A stretch of 64,000 nucleotides of DNA from an uncultured bacterium (GCA_963710755.1 CAVQBK010000003.1:480001-544000); one strand, 5' to 3'. Counted from the first letter of the stretch, positions 9,884 to 19,168 are shown. Numbers and translations are program-made. Notes: generated from the sequence alone by a model not told the origin.

Positions 9884-11491
9884 ATGACCAAATCACAAGT
9901 CCATCAGGATCTGACGCCGCTCATCGGGGAGTTTGCCTGGCACTCTCTGGTGGAAGATCCGCGTATCGAAGGCGAGAGCCAGCGCCATTATGACTTGGTG
10001 ACCAGAATTATGGCCAAGCACGGTTTGCAGCCTCACGATGGCCCGGCGCATATTTTGGAGATTGCCTGCTATGCCCATGTTACCGGCTATGACCTGGAAG
10101 AACGCTTGCACGCACAGGTCACCCTGTTCGAACTCTCCCGCCACGCCCTGCTCACGGGTAAAGCCCTGGGCGAACGGCTTGGGAAAAAAAGCCGGCCGTT
10201 GTTGGTCTCCGGCGATTTTCATCATCTGCCCTTTGAAGATGATGCCTTTAACCTGGTGTATATATGTTCAGCCCTGCATCATACTTGGAGGTATCAGGAT
10301 GTTCTGAAGGAAATGATCAGAGTGCTGGCGCCGGGCGGGTTATTGTTTTTTGAGAATGAGCCCACCAGCCGGGCCGGCTGTTTCTATAAATTCCGCTGCA
10401 ACCGGGTGCATGACTTTACGCCCCTGGAAAAGAAACTGGACGAACTGGGAATGCTGCGTACTGTGGCGGAGCCCTTTTTAGGCAGCCGCCCGGAAATGCT
10501 CTTTGATATGATTGAGAATCAGACGATGAGTCTGGATACGATTTTGGAAACCGTGGCCGCAGCCTGTGATCTCCGGGAAGTCCTGCTCTTTCCGGAAGCC
10601 TGCATGGGCCCCTTGGAACAACAATGGCTGGCTCAGAGGGGAAGAGGACAAACACATCTGGAAACCATGATAAAGACTCAACTCGAGGAACGTCTGCAGG
10701 CCGCTGCACCTTTGCTGGATGAAAAAACCAGGGGCATGGGCTTCAGTCTGCCCCAACCCGCGGAAGTCGCGGCCATGGCCCAATGGATCAGTGCGGCTTT
10801 AACCCAGCTGCCGGTGAACACCGACTTGTTTGAATTCAGGAAGCAGTTGTCCCTTCTCTTTGGCGCGCCGCTGCAGTTGGTAGCTCAAAAAAAAGGAGGG
10901 CCTGACACCAGGACAACTTCTGCCGCCATGGCGGACAAGCGGCAGCGGTTTCAGAAGGCCTGGCCCCAACTGGACGGGGTATATAATACCTTTCCTCCGG
11001 CTATCCGTGAAATTTTGGGACAGTCTTCGCTGGTAGCCGATATTCAGCAAAGTCCGGTGCCTCTCTTACAAGATTATTTTCCTTCGTCCAGTTGGACCAC
11101 TGCTCACGGTGATTTTGAATTGATCGCCATGGAAAAGATCAAACACCAATTGCTTTCCCTGATCAATAAGTCCAATGAAGCACAACTGCAGCTGCCGGTC
11201 CTGCCTGCCGGTGGCAAAGGCCTGCTGATCTGCAGGCTCTTTACCCAGGTGGAGACAGACCACTTTTACAAAATCACGCTGTCCGTGGCGGGCAAACCCC
11301 TGCTGGAAAGAGATACCTTCAGCAGTGAAAATCTGCTGCTCAAAGTGATTGTGGATCAAACCGACTTGACCGGAGCTGAACAGAAGCTGCAACTGCGGCT
11401 GAGTCCCCTTCAAGCGGGCCATGAACAGCACCCCTTTAAGCTGGCCCTCTCCTACGCCGGCTTCTTTAAAATCGATCAATTGCTGGGCTGA
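9884..11491 (+). CDS. SAM-dependent methyltransferase domain protein with long C-terminal extension
   Basis: ILEIAC, GDFHHLPFEDDAF, SALHH, RVLAPGG. Confidence 0.75.
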   Translation: MTKSQVHQDLTPLIGEFAWHSLVEDPRIEGESQRHYDLVTRIMAKHGLQPHDGPAHILEIACYAHVTGYDLEERLHAQVTLFELSRHALLTGKALGERLGKKSRPLLVSGDFHHLPFEDDAFNLVYICSALHHTWRYQDVLKEMIRVLAPGGLLFFENEPTSRAGCFYKFRCNRVHDFTPLEKKLDELGMLRTVAEPFLGSRPEMLFDMIENQTMSLDTILETVAAACDLREVLLFPEACMGPLEQQWLAQRGRGQTHLETMIKTQLEERLQAAAPLLDEKTRGMGFSLPQPAEVAAMAQWISAALTQLPVNTDLFEFRKQLSLLFGAPLQLVAQKKGGPDTRTTSAAMADKRQRFQKAWPQLDGVYNTFPPAIREILGQSSLVADIQQSPVPLLQDYFPSSSWTTAHGDFELIAMEKIKHQLLSLINKSNEAQLQLPVLPAGGKGLLICRLFTQVETDHFYKITLSVAGKPLLERDTFSSENLLLKVIVDQTDLTGAEQKLQLRLSPLQAGHEQHPFKLALSYAGFFKIDQLLG

Positions 11492-11571
11492 CCGCCTCTT
11501 CTGCCCCAATCCGATTTTAAAACAAGCCGGGAATAATCAAAAAAAAATCTGACAAAATAAAAACTTTTATT

Positions 11572-11598
11572 TAAGAAAACTTCCAGATGGTGCGAATT
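11572..11598 (+). promoter_or_regulatory. Putative sigma28 promoter of flagellin
   Basis: TAAG-N15-TGCGAATT; weaker -10 match, expected location. Confidence 0.4.
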
Positions 11599-11717
11599 AG
11601 GACATGTAAGGGGGGGTACGATGATCTTCAACGCAGCCCACCACAGCCACAAGATTGGTCTTAATGACCGGCCGGCATAAGGAACAATCTTAAAAATCCC
11701 GGGTGTGCGTGAAGATA

Positions 11718-11735
11718 GCTGGCACGGATGTCAGC
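11718..11735 (+). promoter_or_regulatory. CsrA-binding-type hairpin in the flagellin leader
   Basis: GCTGGCA-CGGA-TGTCAGC 7-bp stem with GGA in the loop, just upstream of the SD AAGGAGGA. Confidence 0.65.
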
Positions 11736-11759
11736 ATCATTATCAAGGAGGATACTTCC

Positions 11760-12581
11760 ATGGGTTTTGCAATCAATCACAACGTACCGTCAGTAGCAGC
11801 TTTGGGAGCTTTGGACAAAACGACAACCGCTATCGGAAAATCGTTGTCCAAACTTTCCACGGGTTTGCGCATCGTGAAATCAGGCGATGATGCTTCCGGG
11901 TTGGTCATCAGTGAGCGCATGCGTGCGCAGATCAACGGGCTGCAAACCGCCAAACTGAACGCTTCCGAAGGCATCAACATGCTCTCCACCGCGGAAGGCG
12001 TGCTCAACGAAATCCACAGCATTCTGCAACGTATGAATACCCTGGCCGTGCGCGCCGACAATAGCGTCACCATTGCTCCCGGTTCAGCGGAATTACAGGC
12101 TTTGCAGGATGAAAACGATGCTTTGGTGCAGGAAATCGACCGTATTGCCGGATACGCGCAATTCAACGGCGTTAACCTGCTCGACGGGTCGCTGAGCGGA
12201 AACTTGCAGGTTGGTCCCGGTGCTGCCGGTGACAACGTCATTGCCACCTCTTTAGGTACGGTGGATTCCACCACCCTGGGCGTCGATACCCTGACCCTGG
12301 GCGATGGCGGAACAGCCATCACAGCTATCACCGGTGCCATTGAGACCTTGGGTACCAACCGCGGTGATCTGGGTGTGGCCATGAACCGTTTGGAGCACAC
12401 GATTGTCAACCTCGACACCATGATCGAGAACACGACCGCTTCGGAAAGCCGTATTCGTGATGTGGATATGGCTGAAGAAATCTCCAACTTCACACGACTC
12501 CAAATCCTGCAACAATCGGGTACCTCCATGCTTGCTCAGGCCAACTCGCAACCACAAGCAGTACTTAGCTTGTTGCGGTAA
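11760..12581 (+). CDS. fliC: Flagellin (short, 273 aa, essentially D0/D1)
   Basis: INHN..LSTGLRI..DDASGL N-terminus and SRIRDVDMA..QILQQ..MLAQAN..VLSLLR C-terminus. Confidence 0.97.
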   Translation: MGFAINHNVPSVAALGALDKTTTAIGKSLSKLSTGLRIVKSGDDASGLVISERMRAQINGLQTAKLNASEGINMLSTAEGVLNEIHSILQRMNTLAVRADNSVTIAPGSAELQALQDENDALVQEIDRIAGYAQFNGVNLLDGSLSGNLQVGPGAAGDNVIATSLGTVDSTTLGVDTLTLGDGGTAITAITGAIETLGTNRGDLGVAMNRLEHTIVNLDTMIENTTASESRIRDVDMAEEISNFTRLQILQQSGTSMLAQANSQPQAVLSLLR

Positions 12582-12587
12582 GCCGGA

Positions 12588-12617
12588 TCAGGGCTAACGG
12601 GCAACCGTTAGCCCTGA
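12588..12617 (+). terminator. Strong hairpin after flagellin
   Basis: 13-bp perfect stem TCAGGGCTAACGG / CCGTTAGCCCTGA with GCAA tetraloop; U-tract is weak. Confidence 0.7.
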
Positions 12618-12736
12618 ACATTTCTCAGGCATGAAAGCTTCCTGACAGCCTGTGAAGGTGATGTCAGAAGTCCAACCGGCCGGTCCATTGGAACACTTCA
12701 GGGGTTTCAGGAACTTTTAGCCGGAATCGTGTAGCC

Positions 12737-12949
12737 ATGGATCAACTTGAGCGATTGGAAAAGGCGTTTGATCAAAAGGTCGGGAAGATCGCCGCCGGCC
12801 ATACAGGCATTCGCGACAAGCACATGGCCGATCAAGTCTCGATCTTGATAAGACAACAAGTGCGACATCAAAAACCGACAGCTATTTTGGTTCAAGCCAA
12901 CGCCACATTGGACCATGTTTTGAGCTTGTGCCAGAACCAAACCAACTAA
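12737..12949 (+). CDS. 70-aa protein resembling the flagellin C-terminal helical domain only
   Basis: GIRDKHMADQVSILIRQQVRHQKPTAILVQANATLDHVLSL aligns with flagellin RIRDVDMAEEISNFTRLQILQQSGTSMLAQANSQPQAVLSL. Confidence 0.7.
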   Translation: MDQLERLEKAFDQKVGKIAAGHTGIRDKHMADQVSILIRQQVRHQKPTAILVQANATLDHVLSLCQNQTN

Positions 12950-12954
12950 AAAAG

Positions 12955-12986
12955 AAGGGTCGGGCTCACAAGGCCCGGCCCTTTTT
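12955..12986. terminator. Intrinsic terminator between convergent genes, possibly bidirectional
   Basis: GGGTCGGGCT / GGCCCGGCCC stem followed by TTTTT and preceded by an A-run. Confidence 0.65.
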
Positions 12987-13050
12987 AATGCGATCCCCGC
13001 CTTGCCCGATATTTATTTCCGCGGCGGTTAGCTTTACCCCGGGTATTACG

Positions 13051-14205
13051 TCAGCTATAACGAAAAATGGCTGCCAGTTTGCCGTGGTCCGGTACCTGGT
13101 CTTTGGGCAGGGCATAAACTCGACCATGATGCAACAATGTCTGCAAAGCCGCCATTTCCAGCAGATCCCGATCTTCACCGGATTTGACCTCATGAAAATC
13201 ACAGACCGAAGCAGAAGCATCATACCAACCCCAGGCCTGTTCCTCCAGGTCCACAAATAAGGTGTGCACCTGTCCCTTGACCGTTGCCGGGAGAATGGTC
13301 TTGAGGTCGTGAGAGGTACGTGCTGTATTGGCATAATAGCGATATATGGATTGGGCCGTAGCCTGATCCTTGCTCAAAATGGGGTGGATAAGGGGCCAGG
13401 CCAGCTCATGGAGCTGGGTGGCGTCCCAATGATCGAAATGGCCGTTCAAGCCTTGCTCCAACAAGGCGCTATAATGATTGGCCTCACGGTAAATGGACTG
13501 GATGTAATTGACGCCGGCAATCAACAGCGGGTCCTTATGCCCGGCTAATTGAGCGACCACAGCCTTGTCAATAGCCTGGAAAAATTCCAGGATATGGGCT
13601 TTGGCTGTCTCAGGCTGGCTGCCGTGACCACTGAAGGTGCTGCTGACGCTGTTGCCAAAACGGCTGGCGCTGCTGTGCATCCGTTGCTGCCGTTCCGCGG
13701 CTGTGTACTGTAAAACGTCTTCCAAATTCCGGGGAGCATTGGGCAAAGGAACCGGTACCAGGCCGGTCCCATCACCTTTAAAAAGCCGTACCAAATCCTG
13801 GCTCAGGGTCAGCAGATAAAAAGTGGCTTTGGAGGTCAGGGCCGGCACCAAGGGCTTAAGATAAAAATGATTGTTAATCATTACCAACGGCGGCACGGAA
13901 AACGAGGTCCAAATGGATTCGAAAAAATGATCGGCCATCAGTAACACCAGCCCCCGTGCTTTGGTTTGCCAGAAAAAAGAATCCTTCATCAGGTCATGCG
14001 CGGGCAACAACAACTGTTCTTGCTGATCCCGGGAGTAGCCCAAGGTTTTCAACTGCTGTTCCGCTTCCTTTAGCAGGGATTTCAGGCAGATCTGATCGTG
14101 GTGATTGCGATTCACGGCTTGGAAACAAGGCACATAAATGGAAATACAGGGGGAAACTTTTTTTTCCATCAACGATTTTAATTGGTCAAGCCTCATCATG
14201 GTCAT
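13051..14205 (-). CDS. Bacterial archaeo-eukaryotic release-factor-like protein (baeRF3/baeRF7 type)
   Basis: PCISIYVP..DQICLKSLLKEAE N-terminus, FYLLTLSQ, PLLIAGV, GQVHTLFV, AAIFRY C-terminus; recognised by eye. Confidence 0.7.
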   Translation of the reverse strand: MTMMRLDQLKSLMEKKVSPCISIYVPCFQAVNRNHHDQICLKSLLKEAEQQLKTLGYSRDQQEQLLLPAHDLMKDSFFWQTKARGLVLLMADHFFESIWTSFSVPPLVMINNHFYLKPLVPALTSKATFYLLTLSQDLVRLFKGDGTGLVPVPLPNAPRNLEDVLQYTAAERQQRMHSSASRFGNSVSSTFSGHGSQPETAKAHILEFFQAIDKAVVAQLAGHKDPLLIAGVNYIQSIYREANHYSALLEQGLNGHFDHWDATQLHELAWPLIHPILSKDQATAQSIYRYYANTARTSHDLKTILPATVKGQVHTLFVDLEEQAWGWYDASASVCDFHEVKSGEDRDLLEMAALQTLLHHGRVYALPKDQVPDHGKLAAIFRYS

Positions 14206-14594
14206 AGGGTCATCTCCTTTACCAGAACCATTTTTTCTCCCCCATTCTGCAACAACCTCCTGTGTTCTAACAGCACCTTATCCTACACTCCAAAGCTAGG
14301 GACAATGAAGCTTTAAGCAAAGATACCTCCTAATATATCGGTTGCTTCCCAGGGTCCTGACCTCTGTCACCTCCTTTGGCCGCTATTATTGTACTCCAAA
14401 CAGGACCGTACTCAATGCATAAATTAGACACGTTTAGGTTTGTCATGGTGCTGCCGGTGAGGATAAAAATGCTTGCCTTAAAAGGCTGATTGGCATTTGA
14501 TTCCCGGCCCGGCTGTGATATAGTTTATCCAATTGTGTGAAGTTGTTTTAAAGTCCAATGATGACTGCCGTTAAGTCCAAAACGCGGAGCGGCT

Positions 14595-15719
14595 ATGACC
14601 GAACCCAGTCCACTTCTCACCAATCTTATCCAGCGCTTGCATCAGGCCCGGCTGGATATCCGGCATCATGCTTTTCAAGTTCTAAAAACCCTGAATACGC
14701 AAAGCCCGGAAACCATTTCCGGACTGGCTCAAAGCTTCCATGACGATCCTGATGTCCGCCACCGTATTACGCTGTTAGAGGTGATGGTATGTCTTGAGCC
14801 GGATCACTACAAAACCATCTCTGCCTTAGAAGCGGCCCTGGACGCAAGGGAACCGGCCTTGGTGGACAAAGCGATCAATATTCTCAAATACACGGTTTTG
14901 CCTCCCACGGTGGTGAAGCGTCTGATCATGGACCTGCCAGCAGGGAAATTGCCGGCTTTGATCCAAGTGATCAAGCGCCTTCTCGGTGCCAACCAGCAAT
15001 TACTTCCCCATTTAATCAAGCTTTATGTTCAGGGACAATTGGAGGACAAGTTGAGTTTGCTCGAGCTCTTTTCCCATTTGGGTTCAACGGCCGTGACCGC
15101 CATGCCGGTGCTGATGAAAGATATTTATCAGCCCGAAGTACTTTGGCAGGACTGGCAGAATCCGCCGGGGAAGAAGAACCGGGCCTTTTACAGTATGGTC
15201 CGGCAGCAACTCATGCAGACCCTATATACGTTGGGTGAACCTCCGGAAGCGCTTGCACCGGCGTTGCTGGAGGCGTTGACTACGGAGGATGGAAAAGTTC
15301 ATCTGTTTGATGACCAGTTGGACTTTCATTATGCTGCGGAAGGGGAGCGGTTTTTGTGGGTTCATTTTATGGTGGCCACGGCCTTGATTAATCATCCCCA
15401 TACCAAGGCCCGATTGTTGCCCCTTTTAAAAACAGCCTTGCTTCATCATCATGCTCAGGTTCGCCGTTTGGTGGCGGAATTGTTGGGGCTCTATGCAGCA
15501 GAGGCTGTGGAGGCTATTGATCTCTTGTGCCATGTTTTGTTGGAGGACAGTTATTACCGTGTGCGCGGCCACGCCGCCGCTTCCCTGGGGCTGATTGCCA
15601 AAGCCGCGGGCTTGCTGCCGCAGGTGCTGCCGGCTTTGAGTCGTGCGCTTGACGATGAGCATGAATACGTCCGTCAAGGTGCGGATCTGGTTTTGGCCTG
15701 GATGGATCAGCATCACTAA
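14595..15719 (+). CDS. HEAT-repeat protein
   Basis: Repeated VR..AA..LG / ALDD..VR helical pairs. Confidence 0.75.
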   Translation: MTEPSPLLTNLIQRLHQARLDIRHHAFQVLKTLNTQSPETISGLAQSFHDDPDVRHRITLLEVMVCLEPDHYKTISALEAALDAREPALVDKAINILKYTVLPPTVVKRLIMDLPAGKLPALIQVIKRLLGANQQLLPHLIKLYVQGQLEDKLSLLELFSHLGSTAVTAMPVLMKDIYQPEVLWQDWQNPPGKKNRAFYSMVRQQLMQTLYTLGEPPEALAPALLEALTTEDGKVHLFDDQLDFHYAAEGERFLWVHFMVATALINHPHTKARLLPLLKTALLHHHAQVRRLVAELLGLYAAEAVEAIDLLCHVLLEDSYYRVRGHAAASLGLIAKAAGLLPQVLPALSRALDDEHEYVRQGADLVLAWMDQHH

Positions 15720-15764
15720 AATGTGGGTCACGACACGAGGACGGGTAAAATCAAAAAAACAAAT

Positions 15765-16821
15765 TTCAAGCCCAGGTGAGATGCCATTTAATGGCCTTGG
15801 GATCCTTGTCCTCCAGGTCCACCTTGGTGATTTTGAGCTTGATCAGCGCCAGGAACCCTGTTAGCCAGCCTTTCATAAACAGGCGTAGGAAAACAGGATA
15901 ATCAGGAAAATCCCTAAGCACCAAACTGCATCCCTTGGATCCAAAATTCTCAAGGGTCATGGCGCCGGTGCCATAATAGGATCTCCACAGTTTATCAAAT
16001 TTCTTCAGCACATATTCCTTGGTGGGAATGGATAAGAAGATTTTATAAAACATGGGTGTTTCCTTGGCCGTGGCCAGGCCTAAATCAAACAGGTTTTGCT
16101 CTTCACTGCCTTTAAACAGCAACTGCGCTGCTTCATATAAATGACTGCCTTCTTTGACCATGGGCAAATCCAGCCAGGAGACGGCCAAGCGTTTAAAATC
16201 CTCACGGCACTGGGGCATGAGCCTAGGTAAATAGTCCTTTTCAAAACTAAAGCCCCGGTCCTGTACCACCTTTTTGATCATCACAATGGACGCGCCTTTA
16301 ATTTTATTCATGATTTACTCCTTGAACAGGATTCAAGCCCAGGTGAGATGCCATTTAATGGCCTTGGGATCCTTGTCCTCCAGGTCCACCTTGGTGATTT
16401 TGAGCTTGATCAGCGCCAGGAACCCTGTTAGCCAGCCTTTCATAAACAGGCGTAGGAAAACAGGATAATCAGGAAAATCCCTAAGCACCAAACTGCATCC
16501 CTTGGATCCAAAATTCTCAAGGGTCATGGCGCCGGTGCCATAATAGGATCTCCACAGTTTATCAAATTTCTTCAGCACATATTCCTTGGTGGGAATGGAT
16601 AAGAAGATTTTATAAAACATGGGTGTTTCCTTGGCCGTGGCCAGGCCTAAATCAAACAGGTTTTGCTCTTCACTGCCTTTAAACAGCAACTGCGCTGCTT
16701 CATATAAATGACTGCCTTCTTTGACCATGGGCAAATCCAGCCAGGAGACGGCCAAGCGTTTAAAATCCTCACGGCACTGGGGCATGAGCCTAGGTAAATA
16801 GTCCTTTTCAAAACTAAAGCC
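15765..16821. repeat. Direct repeat, 490 bp x2, period 567 bp
   Basis: 15765..16254 reads identical to 16332..16821 by eye. Confidence 0.92.
15766..16311 (-). CDS. DUF2378/TIGR02265-like protein (copy 1)
   Basis: KIKG start, YKIFL..KLWRSYY.TG, GWLTG and terminal W pattern; AAGGAG RBS. Confidence 0.6.
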   Translation of the reverse strand: MNKIKGASIVMIKKVVQDRGFSFEKDYLPRLMPQCREDFKRLAVSWLDLPMVKEGSHLYEAAQLLFKGSEEQNLFDLGLATAKETPMFYKIFLSIPTKEYVLKKFDKLWRSYYGTGAMTLENFGSKGCSLVLRDFPDYPVFLRLFMKGWLTGFLALIKLKITKVDLEDKDPKAIKWHLTWA

Positions 16822-16878
16822 GCGGTCTTCCACCACTTTTCTGATCATGACGATAGAGGCACCTTTGACTTTATGCAT
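16333..16878 (-). CDS. DUF2378/TIGR02265-like protein (copy 2)
   Basis: Same protein as copy 1 except four substitutions in the first 17 aa; AAGGAG before ATG 16878. Confidence 0.6.
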   Translation of the reverse strand: MHKVKGASIVMIRKVVEDRGFSFEKDYLPRLMPQCREDFKRLAVSWLDLPMVKEGSHLYEAAQLLFKGSEEQNLFDLGLATAKETPMFYKIFLSIPTKEYVLKKFDKLWRSYYGTGAMTLENFGSKGCSLVLRDFPDYPVFLRLFMKGWLTGFLALIKLKITKVDLEDKDPKAIKWHLTWA

Positions 16879-16945
16879 GCTTTTCTCCTTTTTCCCTGGG
16901 AAGAGAGGCACCCAGGCCACATGATGTAATAAATTTACACGCTTA

Positions 16946-16973
16946 GTATCGGCCCTGGAATCTGAAAAATTAA
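16946..16973 (-). promoter_or_regulatory. Putative sigma28 promoter for the first DUF2378 pair
   Basis: Minus strand TTAA-N16-GCCGATAC. Confidence 0.6.
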
Positions 16974-17084
16974 TTGACTAATAGCATATTTATAGTGAAG
17001 TTCAATGGAATGGTTTTTTCCATGGCCGGGCCAGCAATCAGACGGGGAGGTGGAAACTTGAAGAAAAAACAGCCCTTACTTGAT

Positions 17085-17112
17085 TAAGGATCCTGCCGAT
17101 GCCTGCCGATAC
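17085..17112 (+). promoter_or_regulatory. Putative sigma28 promoter for fliD-fliS
   Basis: TAAG-N16-GCCGATAC; a second candidate TAAAG-N15-TACGAAAC lies at 17228..17255. Confidence 0.55.
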
Positions 17113-17296
17113 TGTTGGTGCACATTGCAACCGGGGGAATGCCGAACTTAATAAATATTGAATATAAAACAATTACAAGCAAGGCTCCGATGTTGTGGAT
17201 GGGACGGCTGTTTGGTTAAAATTTAATTAAAGTTAGGCCCCTAATGGTACGAAACCTTTTATAGCAACTGATCGTCGGGGAGAAAGAGGTCGACCA

Positions 17297-19114
17297 ATGG
17301 CATCGGATATTACTTTTACAGGCTTGGCTTCCGGTATTGATACAGCCAGCATTGTGCAAAAATTAATGACCCTCGAACGTCGTCCTCAGGACAACTTGAA
17401 AAATAAAGTCCTCTACAACAGCGGCCTCAATGATGTCTACAGCACCCTTAATTCCCGTTTATCAGCTTTGAAGGATATCGTTAAGGATTTCGACGATATT
17501 GTGAATCCTTTTTTTGAACAAAAAAAAATCAGCACCTCCGACAGCGCGGTATTAAAGGCCACTATTACCGGCTCCTACCCGGCGGTGGGCAATTTTAGTG
17601 TCGATGTCACCGCCCTCGCCACGGCAGCCATGGTTAATGGCAGCGGGGCTTTGTACACGGGAGCGGACAGCACGGCTCAGCCGGCGGTTACCGCCAGTGC
17701 CAGTGGGGTCAATGGCCCCTCCTTAGTTGTTGATCCCAGCCAGTCTTTGGCCAGTCAGAGTGCCAACTTTGCCACGGCACCCCAAGCCTCAGGCAGCATT
17801 ACCATCAACGGTAAAACCATTGTCTGGGATGACAGTATGAGCCTTAATGAAATCATGGGGCAAATCAACAATGCCCACGCAGGGGTGACGGCCAGCTTTG
17901 ACCAGGGAACCCAAACCTTCAGCCTTACCTCCACCGAGATCGGAGCTGATGCGGAGATTATCACCAGCCAAAGCTCGGGTAATCTGTGGGAGACCCTGCA
18001 GGTCACGCCCGGCACCACTACGGGTGCTGATGCCGTAGTAACAGATCTCACCAAGGCTGTGGGGTCAGTGGATGCTCACCTGGATACCGCTGTCACCAGC
18101 GGCACCTTTACCATTAATGGCGTGATCTTTACGGTTGATGCAGCCACGGATACCCTGCAGACCGTGCTGGGGCGCATCAATAATTCCAGTGCCGGTGTCA
18201 ACGCCAGCTATGACACCACCACCGGACGCATTACCCTCTATCAGCAGGAAACCGGCAGCAGCCATCAGATTGTGCTGGGTGCGGCCGGCGACAGCAGTAA
18301 TTTTATCTTTGCCAGCAAACTTTCAGCCACCAATCCGCCGGTGGGCGGCGTCGCCGATACGTACAGTGGCACGGACGCCCTGGTTTCCCTCAACGGCGCT
18401 GCCGCGCAGAGTTACGATAGCAACACTATCAACGGCCTGGTGCCCGGGGTATCCCTTAGTTTGAAGAGTCTCGGCGAGAGCGCGGTCAGTGTGGAACGAG
18501 ACGTGGACGGCATGGTCGATACCGTCAAGGATTTTGTGGATCAATATAACAATGTGTTGACCTATATCAACGGCAAATTAAATGAAACCAAGGTGGAAAA
18601 CCCTTCCACGGTCTCCGACAAACTGCAAGGCGCCTTTGTGGGTGATTCGCTGATCATGGATACCAAGTCCGATCTGATCTCCATGGTAACTCAGGCGGCC
18701 CCGGGTCTTACCAGTGCCCTCAAGCATCTCTCTCAGATCGGCATTGACACCACCTCCGATAATTATGGGAAAGCCGGCACACTGACACTGGATGAAACGC
18801 AATTACGGGCTGCTTTGGAATCCGATCCGGAAAGCGTGGAAGCCCTGTTTAACGATCCCACTGAAGGCATCATGACCAAACTCAAGGAAAAATTGGGAAG
18901 TATGACCGATCCGATCTACGGTAGTTTTACTCTGGAAGAAAAAGCGATCACTGACAACAACAGCGATATTAATAAACGTATCGGGGATATGGAAGAACGG
19001 CTTACCAAACGGGAAGAGCAGCTCAAACTGGAATTTGCCAATATGGAATCCGCCGTGGCGCAACTTAACTCCATGGGATCGGCGTTGACCTCCATGATGG
19101 CTAAACTGGGATAA
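17297..19114 (+). CDS. fliD: Flagellar filament cap protein
   Basis: ITFTGLASGIDT N-terminus, FVDQYN, LSQIGI..GTLTLDE..L, C-terminal F..ME..V.QLN. Confidence 0.95.
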   Translation: MASDITFTGLASGIDTASIVQKLMTLERRPQDNLKNKVLYNSGLNDVYSTLNSRLSALKDIVKDFDDIVNPFFEQKKISTSDSAVLKATITGSYPAVGNFSVDVTALATAAMVNGSGALYTGADSTAQPAVTASASGVNGPSLVVDPSQSLASQSANFATAPQASGSITINGKTIVWDDSMSLNEIMGQINNAHAGVTASFDQGTQTFSLTSTEIGADAEIITSQSSGNLWETLQVTPGTTTGADAVVTDLTKAVGSVDAHLDTAVTSGTFTINGVIFTVDAATDTLQTVLGRINNSSAGVNASYDTTTGRITLYQQETGSSHQIVLGAAGDSSNFIFASKLSATNPPVGGVADTYSGTDALVSLNGAAAQSYDSNTINGLVPGVSLSLKSLGESAVSVERDVDGMVDTVKDFVDQYNNVLTYINGKLNETKVENPSTVSDKLQGAFVGDSLIMDTKSDLISMVTQAAPGLTSALKHLSQIGIDTTSDNYGKAGTLTLDETQLRAALESDPESVEALFNDPTEGIMTKLKEKLGSMTDPIYGSFTLEEKAITDNNSDINKRIGDMEERLTKREEQLKLEFANMESAVAQLNSMGSALTSMMAKLG

Positions 19115-19168
19115 TGAGCGCAACACCAGGCAACAGGTGAACGTTGAGTGACAAGGAGGTCAACAACA

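Noticed and set aside
12628-12682. Resemblance to a c-di-GMP-II riboswitch 3' end (GTCAGAAGTCCAACCGGCC) upstream of the mini-flagellin
   Set aside because: The 5' GGAA start and a full pseudoknot partner are not evident; an Infernal/Rfam scan would be needed
12928-13334. ORFs 12928..13260 (+) and 12966..13334 (-)
   Set aside because: They overlap the terminator and the baeRF-like gene
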